Source of the DNA: a virus
Lineage: Duplodnaviria > Caudoviricetes
Direction: 5' to 3' (one strand)
DNA length: 53,444 nt
Virus record (IMG/VR): IMGVR_UViG_3300030329_003629
Location: 1-53,444 of that record
The position numbers were made by a program, and so were the translations under genes. The notes under the pieces are model-generated. The model saw only the letters and a program-made list of their open reading frames with translations. It made no database searches and was not told where the DNA came from. This document shows positions 27,331-38,100 of the stretch, in pieces (position 1 is the stretch's first letter; each line of letters begins with the position of its first letter).

Positions 27331-28494
27331 TTATACTTTTTTAACACTTCTAATTTTGAGTCCTCTCCCACTACTTGTGTCTCCAACAGCTTTGATTTGT
27401 AATCCATTTTTATTTAAAGACACTGGTGTTTTCCTAATGTCCATATTAATATTTTTGGATTTTTTACTCACTTCATCTACAGTCGCAGTTACCCCTTGAT
27501 TGTAGAAAAACTCAGCAAACTTATCAAGATTCATAGCTACTGATATTGCACGATGATATCCATGTGGATCCGCAATCAGTCCTGTTTTTTCATCCATGTA
27601 TTTACCCACGAAATTATTAACGTCCGCCTGTTTGCTTTTCAACTCTTTACCATCTCCAGGTTTAAAGGTAAATTTTTTCTCTCCGATATTAAACTCAAAA
27701 CCTTTGAATTCATCGTTAAAAACCTCAGCGGTTTTTGATACAAAATAATCATACCTTTTTTTCTGCGCTTCTTGTGCAGTAGTAGATTCCTCTACATAAC
27801 TTTTATAGCTATTAAATTTTTCTTTGTCCTCCTCTGATAATCCACTCCCACTTGACTCAAGAGGAGTTTTATACTTATCTTGTTGTTCATTGAAAAACTT
27901 TTTAGCTTTTACAAGTTCTCTTTTTTTTGCTCTCTCACGTTTCTTAATATCTTTTGGATCATCTAACTCAGCATCAAATCCAAATTTATCTATCATTAAG
28001 TCTTGAATATCCTCATTATCTAAACCTTCTTCGGTATGAGAATAATATTGAGACAACAATTTATCACTATCCATGTCATCATAATTTTGTTGTAGTTTTA
28101 CAAAATCTTCAATTCCACGGCCAGTTTCTTTTTTATACTTAAAGTATGCAGATACATCTTCTGGTAATTCTTCATTTGACTCTCGTTGAGCAAATAACTC
28201 ATCAACCGATGATATATCTTTATCATACCTTTCTTTAATATACGAAAGAACGCTTTCATCATTTAAGCCTGATGGGGCTTCTTGTGTTTCATCTTCCTGT
28301 TGTACTTCTTCTTGTTCGTTCGTGGTGGCGGCACTCTCAGTGCTTGCATCCACTCCCTCCACGTTAGGGTTACTTTCTTGAGATTCCAATTTCTCTTCAT
28401 GTTCTTTAAGTAATTGTTCCTCAACTTGTGCTCGAGATTTTTCTTCTCCTGTTACTTCTCTAACGGTTATTTTTGGTTCTTGATTTTCTTCCAT
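27331..28494 (-). CDS. capsid scaffolding protein
   Basis: Acidic and helical; lies between portal and MCP. Confidence 0.7.
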   Translation of the reverse strand: MEENQEPKITVREVTGEEKSRAQVEEQLLKEHEEKLESQESNPNVEGVDASTESAATTNEQEEVQQEDETQEAPSGLNDESVLSYIKERYDKDISSVDELFAQRESNEELPEDVSAYFKYKKETGRGIEDFVKLQQNYDDMDSDKLLSQYYSHTEEGLDNEDIQDLMIDKFGFDAELDDPKDIKKRERAKKRELVKAKKFFNEQQDKYKTPLESSGSGLSEEDKEKFNSYKSYVEESTTAQEAQKKRYDYFVSKTAEVFNDEFKGFEFNIGEKKFTFKPGDGKELKSKQADVNNFVGKYMDEKTGLIADPHGYHRAISVAMNLDKFAEFFYNQGVTATVDEVSKKSKNINMDIRKTPVSLNKNGLQIKAVGDTSSGRGLKIRSVKKV

Positions 28495-28514
28495 TTTATT
28501 TAATTTAATTGTTG

Positions 28515-28522
28515 CAAAGTTA
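28515..28522 (-). promoter_or_regulatory. -7 promoter box TAACTTTG (scaffold/MCP)
   Basis: Intergenic TAnnTTTG match. Confidence 0.75.
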
Positions 28523-28548
28523 ATATTAATTTAATTATTTTTTTAAGC

Positions 28549-30984
28549 TTACCTTGGCTCAAATTCTGCTAAGTCAAATCCATCTAAACTATCTTCATTA
28601 GATTCAAAGTTCATAGCAGGTAAGTTTCTTTTCCGCTGTTCAATCATTTTAGATTGTTGAGTATTTCCTTCTGCAATTCGTTTAGACTTTCCTTCTTCTT
28701 TTTTCTGCTCTCGCATATCTATTTGTTGTTGCTCCATTCCTCGTAATTGCATATTATAGTTAAACTCAACATCCATTAATCTTCGTTTTAAATCAGCTTC
28801 ATTAGTTTGTTTTTCAATTTCAAAAGCAATCTCTGCTTGTTTAATTTGTATTTTAGCTTGAAGTTCAGCTTGAGTTTGTTGCATTTTAGCTTGAGCAGCT
28901 TGTTGTTGTAATGCCTGTTGCTGCTGTCCTTGCATAGCTTGTTTTTGCATTTCTTGTTCTCTTTTCTCCGCCGCTGTTTGTTTTCGTTTAACTTTTAATA
29001 ATTGGTTTGCCATTTTTAAATTATTAATAGTTCTAATATCAATAGCATCTTCTAAATCAATTCCTCCTGTTTTTAATGATTCTTGAATGTTAGCTTCTAA
29101 CTGAGCTTTTTCTTCTTCATCTGGACTCATCTCAATAGAAATCCCAAAGTCATATAAATAAAGATTTCTTATTTCATCTATTATATTTAAATTATATTTT
29201 CCTATTTGCATAGCAAACTCATCTCTAAAGTCTGCATACTCTAATATATCTGCAGTTCGAATAGATAATGCTTCCGCTAATCTACGGGTAATATAAAGAC
29301 TTGAGTTTAAAATATGACGAGTAGCTACATTAGAATTTAAAGCCGCTAATTTTTGAACTCCTACTAAAGAATTAGGATCAGGAGTAGAAGCATCTCGCGC
29401 TTCATTTAATCCTGTCACCTGTCTTATCATGCCTAAGTAATGATTATAATTACCTATAAGCATTTGCATTTTACTTCCTCCACTATTAGAGGTTAATTGA
29501 GTGATAGGAACCTTAGCATTATTATATTCTCCATCTTGAGTATAACTTCTTCCTACTACACTACCGGTTTGAAAATAAAGACGTAAAGCATCCGACGGAT
29601 CGTAAGCATTACCCGTTCCTAAATCTACTTCATTTAATCCATCCGCATCAATAAACACTCCATCTGGAACCACTTTAGATACAACTTGTTGTAATTTTAA
29701 ATGAGTTATTTGAATTAAATCGGCAAATGGAATCATTCTTTTTACTAAAGAATCTAATATTCCTTTATACATTCTTGGTGCACAAGCTACATAATTAGGC
29801 ATCGCATATTGACTGGCAGAATTAGGACGCACCATATTTTCCATCATATCCCATTTAATTAATAAGTTACTTCCCATTACCATGACTCCTTCATACCATA
29901 CATCAATACGTTTTTCAATACGCTCAAAATTTCCTTCATCCATCATTTCTTGTGGAGGATTAAACTCATCGTCTTTTTCTACCGTCTTGAAAGTACCATC
30001 AGCCATTTGTTTTTTCTTGTAAACAAAACTATTAGTAGTTTTATAATTAAAAAATAACAACGTACAACTATCTCTGGCAAACATACTATTTTCATATATC
30101 GCTGCAGTATTATAATAATTATACCACGCTTGACTATATTGAGAAATCTCTTGTAAATCATCAGTAGTTAGATCAGGATTTATTTTTAACACTTCTGTTA
30201 TAGGTAATGTTTTAAGTTCTCCCCAATAAAAACAGTCTTTAAAATAAGGATCTTCTGTATAGCTATATACCACATTAGCCGGATCTACGTATTCTACTCG
30301 AATTCCGTCTCCTTGTTGAAAGGTATGCTTCGTTATTCCTAACCCAATAGTAGTTAAATCATAATCTACTCTTCGGCGTGTATCTGTATAATGATTTTCT
30401 TCCAACATAGTATTAACCGCTATTTCATTAGCTATTTCAATAGCCGGTTTATAATTAAGTTGCATATATAATTCTAACTCTGTATCACTCTGAGGTAATG
30501 TTTTAGGATCTACTTGAAACACTTCCATTTTAAAATCTTTCTCTACTTGATGGAACAAATCTTGGGCAGCCACATTTATTTCTACCATCTTTTGAAAATC
30601 ATTTCTTTTTTCCGCGGACATCGCGTCTTGAGCTTGACAATTTATTTTAAACAAACGGTCCGACATTCCATTTACCACAATATCTACAAACTTGGGAATA
30701 ATAGGAACAGGTGTCCAATCTAAATTTAAATATGATAGATCTCCATCTACCGCTAATTCGTTTTTATATTTGGCTACTGACTGCTCTCCTCGGGCATACA
30801 ATCTTAATCTATTAAAGTCAGCCCATTGATTGTAGAATCTACAATTCATACCGTCTTTTCTAAACCATTCATATTGTATAGCCTGACCTACTTGTAATCC
30901 AAAAGTTTTTTCTTTTTTCTTACTATCAGACACAAATTGGTCAGGAAACGCAGCAGCTTGTATATTTATAGTAACTGGTTTCAT
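28549..30984 (-). CDS. portal protein
   Basis: 811 aa directly after terL; LDWTPVPIIPKFVDIVV; Gln-rich C-terminal coiled coil. Confidence 0.85.
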   Translation of the reverse strand: MKPVTINIQAAAFPDQFVSDSKKKEKTFGLQVGQAIQYEWFRKDGMNCRFYNQWADFNRLRLYARGEQSVAKYKNELAVDGDLSYLNLDWTPVPIIPKFVDIVVNGMSDRLFKINCQAQDAMSAEKRNDFQKMVEINVAAQDLFHQVEKDFKMEVFQVDPKTLPQSDTELELYMQLNYKPAIEIANEIAVNTMLEENHYTDTRRRVDYDLTTIGLGITKHTFQQGDGIRVEYVDPANVVYSYTEDPYFKDCFYWGELKTLPITEVLKINPDLTTDDLQEISQYSQAWYNYYNTAAIYENSMFARDSCTLLFFNYKTTNSFVYKKKQMADGTFKTVEKDDEFNPPQEMMDEGNFERIEKRIDVWYEGVMVMGSNLLIKWDMMENMVRPNSASQYAMPNYVACAPRMYKGILDSLVKRMIPFADLIQITHLKLQQVVSKVVPDGVFIDADGLNEVDLGTGNAYDPSDALRLYFQTGSVVGRSYTQDGEYNNAKVPITQLTSNSGGSKMQMLIGNYNHYLGMIRQVTGLNEARDASTPDPNSLVGVQKLAALNSNVATRHILNSSLYITRRLAEALSIRTADILEYADFRDEFAMQIGKYNLNIIDEIRNLYLYDFGISIEMSPDEEEKAQLEANIQESLKTGGIDLEDAIDIRTINNLKMANQLLKVKRKQTAAEKREQEMQKQAMQGQQQQALQQQAAQAKMQQTQAELQAKIQIKQAEIAFEIEKQTNEADLKRRLMDVEFNYNMQLRGMEQQQIDMREQKKEEGKSKRIAEGNTQQSKMIEQRKRNLPAMNFESNEDSLDGFDLAEFEPR

Positions 30985-33227
30985 GTAATTATTTTACTAA
31001 GGTTCTTCGTATTATTATATCTCGCAAAGTTAATACTTATTTTTGATTTTTGTTTAGACGGCGTGTATAAGTGTTTTTGATTAGCCATTATAGCTAACCC
31101 TGAACTAATAGCTGCATCAAACTTTGTTCTATTACTAATATCAAACTTTGCCCAATCTTCTAAAGTGCGTTGAAAATACATACTTCCCATCTCATCTGAA
31201 TCACGATAATCTCCTCCTATATCTAATCCTACATACTTTTCAATATATGATTCTATAGCCGAAGCATGAGACTGTTTAACGTCTTCCGACGTATTAGGAA
31301 TTCCACCTAACTCTCGTTCAGTTTTCGAAAGTTTATTATAAGTTTTATCTGGTCTGTTTAGACAATACCCTCTATATCCTCTATTTTTAAAATGATATAA
31401 AAGACGAGGTTTATTATTTTCACAAAGAATTGGCATACCATAAAAAACACACGCCATTAAAACTTCTTCAAAAAATATTTCGGCAGTTTGAGGACGCGCT
31501 ATGTATTCCAGAAAAAACTCATTGCTGGGAGCCTCATCCATGTTGAATTTAGTTAATCCATGTAAAGCACCATTAGATCCTTTTCCTACTACCACTCCAG
31601 ATATATCATAAGAGTCACATCCAAAAGATCCTAAGTAATCATTCCCTGGCTTCTTACCTCCTCGCTCGGTTATTATTTTATTTTGCAAACCTGGTTTTGG
31701 AGTCCACGTAACTAAAAACCTTCCGCTGCGATTAGGAGACCATATGACTTTAGTATCTTTTACTCCATTTTCCCAATGAAAAGATCCCCGAGTAGTATGA
31801 TGGCTCATAATTAAAGAATCATTATAATCAATTTGTTGATATATTTTTGTTAAGTTAAACAAAGATTGTTTACTTTCATCTCTAAAGGCATGGGATTCTG
31901 TTCTGGGAAATTGTCTATAAAATTCATTTAAAGCATCGGCATCTTGAGATAAAGAGTCTACTTCGTTTTTCCAATAATCTATAGCACCTACTCTTATATC
32001 TTCCCCATCTATTCCAATAATAGGTTTAGCTGGAGTTTTTAATACTGGCATTCCATATCTATCTATATATCCTTCAAAATTCCATTCCATAGGAATAAAT
32101 AAACAATATAAACCGCTTTTAGTTTGACCATTCGCATTACGTTTAGTAGGAATAGAATCTTCATATAAAGATTTAAAATTAGACCCTCCTTTATCTAAAG
32201 CATTAGAGGTAGATCCCATCATACATTTACCAATAATCTTACTTCCTAAACGTAAACACGTTTTAGTTACTCTCCAGTTATTCAAGATGTTATCCGGTTT
32301 TTCCCATTTACCACTTTCATCATGTAATAGTAATTGTAACTTCTCTCCATCATAACTATTATCTCCTGTATTCTTCCAATCAATAGTAGTATCTAACCCC
32401 TCTAATTCTTCATCTGCCAACGTGTGCATATTCTTTTTGGTAATTTTAGAAGCCGGAACTCTATATGCTAATTCAGTTTTAGGTTTATCCATACCATCTT
32501 GAATAGGTTTAAAAAAGAAAGGGTAATTATTAGAGATAGGAACTACTTTATCTGTAAACATTTTTTTAGCATCCGAACCTGTTTTAGATAAAATTCCTAT
32601 ACGGGCATCTTTAGTAATAGTGGCTTGATTTACCCCTTCACATGAACTCATAAAAGAAAACCCTGATCGTCTTATTTTTAAATAACACATTCCAAAACTT
32701 CTTTTATCCGCTTTACATGCTTCCCAAAAAATATAAAATATTCTATTGGCTTCTCGAAAATCAGGATTACCTACATCAATCTTAGTCCATTGTAAATACA
32801 TATAATGAGTTCCTGTTATATATGTAGGGTTACCATTATTCATAAACCAATATCCTTGTTCTCTTCTATCAAATTCCTCTTCTATATAATCTACCCATCG
32901 AGACTTAAAAGTATCCGGTGTTTCATGCCATTGGAAAATAGATTTAATTCTTTTTAATTCTTTAACTAAGAGAGTAGGCTCCCAATATTGTTCCTCCCTT
33001 TTTTTACTGCGTTTATAAATATCTTTAGGGGGTTTAGGTAATCCTATTTTTAATCCATTAATTTCAATAACACTTTGAATCTGCCCGGTTTTAGAAATTA
33101 CAATTATATCATATTTTTCATTATATCCATACAGCCAGCTTCTACCTCTGTTTTTATTTGATATAACAGACTTAGGAATAAAGTTTATTAATTCTTTATA
33201 TAATTTATTTTGATCTTGATTCAGCAA
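30981..33227 (-). CDS. terL: terminase large subunit
   Basis: LKIRRSGFS (Walker A), LLLHDESGKW (Walker B), GSTSN, FGCDSYD nuclease motif, KFDAAISSG. Confidence 0.92.
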   Translation of the reverse strand: MLNQDQNKLYKELINFIPKSVISNKNRGRSWLYGYNEKYDIIVISKTGQIQSVIEINGLKIGLPKPPKDIYKRSKKREEQYWEPTLLVKELKRIKSIFQWHETPDTFKSRWVDYIEEEFDRREQGYWFMNNGNPTYITGTHYMYLQWTKIDVGNPDFREANRIFYIFWEACKADKRSFGMCYLKIRRSGFSFMSSCEGVNQATITKDARIGILSKTGSDAKKMFTDKVVPISNNYPFFFKPIQDGMDKPKTELAYRVPASKITKKNMHTLADEELEGLDTTIDWKNTGDNSYDGEKLQLLLHDESGKWEKPDNILNNWRVTKTCLRLGSKIIGKCMMGSTSNALDKGGSNFKSLYEDSIPTKRNANGQTKSGLYCLFIPMEWNFEGYIDRYGMPVLKTPAKPIIGIDGEDIRVGAIDYWKNEVDSLSQDADALNEFYRQFPRTESHAFRDESKQSLFNLTKIYQQIDYNDSLIMSHHTTRGSFHWENGVKDTKVIWSPNRSGRFLVTWTPKPGLQNKIITERGGKKPGNDYLGSFGCDSYDISGVVVGKGSNGALHGLTKFNMDEAPSNEFFLEYIARPQTAEIFFEEVLMACVFYGMPILCENNKPRLLYHFKNRGYRGYCLNRPDKTYNKLSKTERELGGIPNTSEDVKQSHASAIESYIEKYVGLDIGGDYRDSDEMGSMYFQRTLEDWAKFDISNRTKFDAAISSGLAIMANQKHLYTPSKQKSKISINFARYNNTKNLSKIIT
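31025..31032 (-). promoter_or_regulatory. -7 promoter box TAACTTTG (portal), inside the terL 3' end
   Basis: 40 nt upstream of the portal ATG. Confidence 0.55.
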
Positions 33228-33483
33228 ATCCTTTAAGGGTGTTGTTTTTTTTATCGGTTATTGTTCCATCTAATAATGCTCTCTCTTCTTCTATACGTTT
33301 TAATATTTCAAAAGCATCGAAGATTGCCAACTTTTTCGTAGCAGCAGCATTCTTTAATCTGTCAGCTGCTAACTCATCGTCTTTATCATATTTTATAATA
33401 TCTTCTTTAGCAACTTTTACTAATTGTTTTACAGCTTTCTCACCAGCAGAAATAATGCTTTCTTTAATCTCTCTACTATTCAT
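33205..33483 (-). CDS. putative terminase small subunit
   Basis: 92-aa helical protein overlapping the terL start; ADRLKNAAATKKLAIFDA. Confidence 0.55.
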   Translation of the reverse strand: MNSREIKESIISAGEKAVKQLVKVAKEDIIKYDKDDELAADRLKNAAATKKLAIFDAFEILKRIEEERALLDGTITDKKNNTLKGFAESRSK

Positions 33484-33802
33484 TCTTCTTAAATTTATAT
33501 ATACTATATTTTAAAGTTAATTCTTTTCCTTCGTTTATTTTACGTAAAGTTTTTAGCTTCTTATAATGATAATCCCCCTCTTCTTCTATGAGTTCACAGT
33601 TAGGAGTGTCACTATGATTTATAAAACCGCCTAAAGGAGTGCGTATAAAATTGTGTTGAAACTCCGGATCATACACATGCGTAATTCCTATAATAATACC
33701 TTTAGGTATATCTTCGGTAGCAAAGATTCCTGCACCATGAATTGCAGATGGGCCAATAGCTAAGTAGGCTGGTAAAGGGTTATAATTTTTTTCGCTTGTC
33801 AT
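33476..33802 (-). CDS. SET-domain protein-lysine methyltransferase
   Basis: SAIHGAGIFA, GFINHSDTPN and ELTLKY are the three SET signature motifs. Confidence 0.9.
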   Translation of the reverse strand: MTSEKNYNPLPAYLAIGPSAIHGAGIFATEDIPKGIIIGITHVYDPEFQHNFIRTPLGGFINHSDTPNCELIEEEGDYHYKKLKTLRKINEGKELTLKYSIYKFKKNE

Positions 33803-33803
33803 C

Positions 33804-34376
33804 TTATTTATATTTATAAAACATTACAAAAACTTCTCTTCCTTCTTTCCAAGACTGGTTGGGATATTTGCTATGAAAATAATTAGCTGGATAAGAAATC
33901 AATCTATTCTGTTCATAACCAGCTACAGACACTAATCTCCACATATCTAAGTCTTCTGAATCTACCCGAATCATTTTATCATATTCCTCATCAGTTATGT
34001 GATCTGGTAAACTTTTACCATAAACCTCATGTTCCCAAAATGCAGTTCCATGTAGGTCTTCTCGTTCACGGGGAGACATATATAAAACAGCCGCCCTATC
34101 AGGTTGCTGACCATCTATTTTTAAATCTGAATGTATTCGCCACGTAGTATCTAACTCATCTGTAGAAACTCGAAAAAAACTTAAAATATTTTCTAAAGAT
34201 TTTCCCTCTATCATTCCTAATTTTCTTAAGACATAATCATTAAATGATTTGTTAGATTCTTGAATATAAAAATCTTTTCCTCCTACGTTGTGCTCAAGAA
34301 ACTTGCCTTTATTTAAATAGTCTTGTGCTATTTTAAATAGTTCTTTATCTATAAAATCATCTTCTATATATATCAT
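33804..34376 (-). CDS. 2OG-Fe(II) oxygenase superfamily protein
   Basis: IHSD...AVLYM...GTAFW...NRLISYPANYFHS...R: HxD...H triad. Confidence 0.8.
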   Translation of the reverse strand: MIYIEDDFIDKELFKIAQDYLNKGKFLEHNVGGKDFYIQESNKSFNDYVLRKLGMIEGKSLENILSFFRVSTDELDTTWRIHSDLKIDGQQPDRAAVLYMSPREREDLHGTAFWEHEVYGKSLPDHITDEEYDKMIRVDSEDLDMWRLVSVAGYEQNRLISYPANYFHSKYPNQSWKEGREVFVMFYKYK

Positions 34377-34936
34377 ACTATCATCGTTATATTATTAGTA
34401 AACATACGATACAACTTTTCATCATCCACTATAAACGGATATTCACTTCCCGGAGTATAAGATATAGAGTCTCCTTCTTTTACACCTAACGCTATTAGTT
34501 CTTCATTAATATATTTAATAGTACCAAACAAAGGTTCTTCATTAGTAGCTTTAAAAATATAAGATTCTTTTAAAGAAGCAGGTTTTATAAAACAATATTT
34601 TCCCCATGCATGCCACTTATCTTTTTTCTTATACATATAAAACTGCTCACTGTCTACTAAAAATAAATTTTCTTTTAAATGACTTCTTCCGCTTTTACGC
34701 CTTCCTTGCATGTCATTATAAAATTTAAAAACATTATGATGAACTAATAAAGTATCTCCTTTTTGGATAGGACCTGTATAATGAATAGGTGTTTCTACAA
34801 CACTTGCAAAACGATTAGATGCTGTATGATCTTCTTCAGATACACTGGTAATAAATTCAATATCACCAATTTGTTTAAGGTTATCATACCGCCTGTCTTT
34901 TACAGGAGTTACGATAAAAGAATAAGGAGATTTCAT
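34373..34936 (-). CDS. GroES-like protein (two tandem GroES-like folds)
   Basis: FIVTP...IQKGDTLLVHH and CFIKP...GVKEGDSISY...DDEKLYRM. Confidence 0.6.
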   Translation of the reverse strand: MKSPYSFIVTPVKDRRYDNLKQIGDIEFITSVSEEDHTASNRFASVVETPIHYTGPIQKGDTLLVHHNVFKFYNDMQGRRKSGRSHLKENLFLVDSEQFYMYKKKDKWHAWGKYCFIKPASLKESYIFKATNEEPLFGTIKYINEELIALGVKEGDSISYTPGSEYPFIVDDEKLYRMFTNNITMIV

Positions 34937-35154
34937 TAAAAATTAATATTATATTCTAAAGAAATAGGAAGCGTGCTGAGAAATTCTTTCCACATATATA
35001 TTTCATCTCCTTTTTGAATCCAAATTTTATAGGAGTTATTATTTCCTTGAATAAGATGTATAGTGTGAGACCCTCCTAAAACTTCTTGGCCTACAATATA
35101 ATGCATGGCTCCCGACTTATAATCGGCACCAATTGAGATTTTTCTAATATCCAT
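34936..35154 (-). CDS. conserved hypothetical protein
   Basis: IRKISIGADYKSGAMHYIVGQ; coupled to the GroES-like gene. Confidence 0.7.
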   Translation of the reverse strand: MDIRKISIGADYKSGAMHYIVGQEVLGGSHTIHLIQGNNNSYKIWIQKGDEIYMWKEFLSTLPISLEYNINF

Positions 35155-35177
35155 TTCATTTTAATTTAAGTTGTTAT

Positions 35178-38100
35178 TTAGAAAGTCCATTTTCCATTTG
35201 TCCATTTCAAGTCAAGATCTACCCACATCACGGGGTCAGCTGTTGCTACTCCAAACTGAGGTTTATATGTTATAGCGTAAGATTCTCCAGAGGTATACTT
35301 TTGAGGAGCAGCCATTTGCCATGCCAGGGGTTCACAGTAAATTTTTCCTCCAGAAATAGTCCCTGTATTATTTATAACAAAATCAAAATTTCCTATAAGA
35401 TCGGCACCCCCTGACATTCCAGATGTATCACATACTCCGTCACCTGACCATCTCCATAATTGAAATCTATGTGTACAAGTACCAACTCCGGAAAATCCGC
35501 TGTTAGTAACAGTAATACGCATATCTGCTGCAGTTAAAAAAGCGGTTTCCTGCAGAGGTGGTCCTTCTTGTACTGATGTATTAGTAACAATTACGGAGCT
35601 TCCATACTCTTCGTCGGTCCATACTCCTAATGCTAAGTCAGGAGAGTTTGGCGCTAAGTGACTTATCCAATATGATACAGGAGGGACTCCTATTTTAACA
35701 TCATAAGGTAAGGATAAAATATAATTACCTGCATTAGCATATTCCATTGCTCCTACATAGAATCTATAAGTTTGAGTATCTAAGTTTGCCGGTACTTGCC
35801 ACGTTCCATTAGCCGCTAAGTAAAGTTGTTGAAGCTCAGGATCGGAGTACCCTGCTGCTGCAGGCACATGCCCTACATTAAGTGCTCCATCAAAAGCATT
35901 GGAGTATACTACAACAGTTCCTGTAGTCGGTGCAATGGCGATAGGATCTGCAGCTCCTGACGAAACTCCTGGAGCTCCCACGGTAACAGCTGTAACCCCC
36001 CCTGTTCCATTAGCTGCTGCTGTTATTCTTCCTTTTGCGTCTACTGTAATATCAGTATTAGTATAGGATCCTGCTACTACTCCTGTGTTATCTAACTCTA
36101 TTGTAGCTGTGGAAGTAACTCCTACGGTAGTCACATCAACTGTCATATCACCAGCAAAACCTTTTATTTCTACTATGTCTCCACCTTCAATAGTATCTGT
36201 TCCTGTATCTCCAGTAAGGGTCCAGTCTCCATAAGTACCCTCAGGTATAGTCCAATTCCCCGTTCCATCTAAAAATAATTTATTATTATTCGCTGATCCT
36301 GTAGGTACAAACCCTACATCAGTGCCTCCTGCATAATAATGTGGAGTCCATAGAATAGCTCCTGTTGTAGCATTTTGTGTAATAGCCGACCCTGTAGAGA
36401 TAGCCGCGGGTTGTATTGTTATAGAAGTTACTCCCGTTGCAGGAACCGCAGTCCACAGTCCTGTTGCTCCATCTAAATATTCTCCTGCTCCTCCCGTATG
36501 AGGGGGTACATGTCCTGCATTAGTACCTCCTGCAAAGTAATGAGGAGTAATAGAAGAAGTTCCTCCGCTAACATTTGCTACAGATAAAGCATCACCTGTA
36601 GAGACAGCTGCTGCGGCTATTGAAAGATCAAGAACCCCATCTAAAGAAAGAGTGATTGTTCCCGATGATGTAATAGGACTTCCTCCCACTGTAATCCCTG
36701 TCCCTGATACAGCCACCGAAGTTACTGTCCCTGTCCCTGCTGGAACCTGCCATGAACCGTCTGCTCTTAAGAAATGTGTGGTTTGAACCACTGCTGATGA
36801 GTCAGGTACATGTCCTACGTTAGAACTTCCCGCATAAGGAAGCGAAGTATAAGTAAGTTGTGTAGCACTATCACTTACTTCAATAGCATCTCCTGTAGAA
36901 CCGACAGCTGATGTTGCCGCTACAAATTCAATCCATGCTCCATTACCCCCTAAAAACTCTCCTTGATTTCCGCTTGCTGGTACATGTCCGACGTTAGAAC
37001 CTCCGGCATAAGCGTGAGAAAATATTTCGACAGCTCCTGTAGTTGGAGTTACAGTTAGTGGGTCTCCTGAAGACACGGTAGGTGTTCCCGCATCAACCGA
37101 TGTAACAGCACCACCACCACCGCCGCTGGATGCTGCAGTAAGACGACCTTGAGCGTCTACTGTGATATTCGCATTTGTATAAGATCCTGCTGTTACAGCC
37201 GTATTATTAAGATTTATAGTAAGAGTATCTGGCACAGAAGCCGCGGTACTTAGTGCCGTACCTCCAGCTATTGTTAATGTGTTTCCATTTGTAATTGTTT
37301 CCGACCCTGCGTCTCCAGCCACATCAAAACTTGTCATACCCGCCGCGCTTGCTGCGTCAATTGTAATGTTACTTCCAGTATCAGTAATAGTAATGTTAGT
37401 TCCTGCTACTAACTTTACAATATCGGTCAGTCCCGCTGAAGGAATTAATTGTATATCTGAATCTGATCCGTTTTGAATAGAGTTTAAATCATATGTAGTA
37501 TCAGTTGGTACTGTATTAGATGTAGCCGAGGTAATTTGTCCTTGAGCATTAACATCAAAAGTAGCGTAAGTATAGGTACCTGCCGTCACAGTTGTATTAT
37601 CTAAATTAAATTGTATAGTATCGGTGTTTATAGCTACACTGGATAATCCTGTTCCACCGCTAAAAGTAACCGTATCTGCGTCTGTTATAGTTTGGTTAGG
37701 TCCGGCATCTCCCACTATAACCCAATTAGTCATCCCGGTAGTAGTATTGTTTACCCAAGATAAAACCCCGCTATTAGATTGAAGAATTTGATTAGGACCC
37801 CCTACTCCGTTGGTAACGGAAATATTAGTTGGAATAATAGTAGGGACTGTTATAGCAGCTCCTCCTGATAAAACAATACTTTGAGTTGAAGTATTTCCTG
37901 CTGTTAATACTTGGTCTAAGTTAGGTATAGTAGAAGTCACACTTGTCCACTCTACTCCTGTTGCGCCTGCATTTACAGTTAAAACTTGCCCTGCCAGCCC
38001 TACCGTACCATTAGCACTAATAGTAGTAGTAGATCCTAAAACTAAACTTCCTCCTAAAGTAATATTACCAGTGAGATCAATATTTTGAATAGCTGTATTA

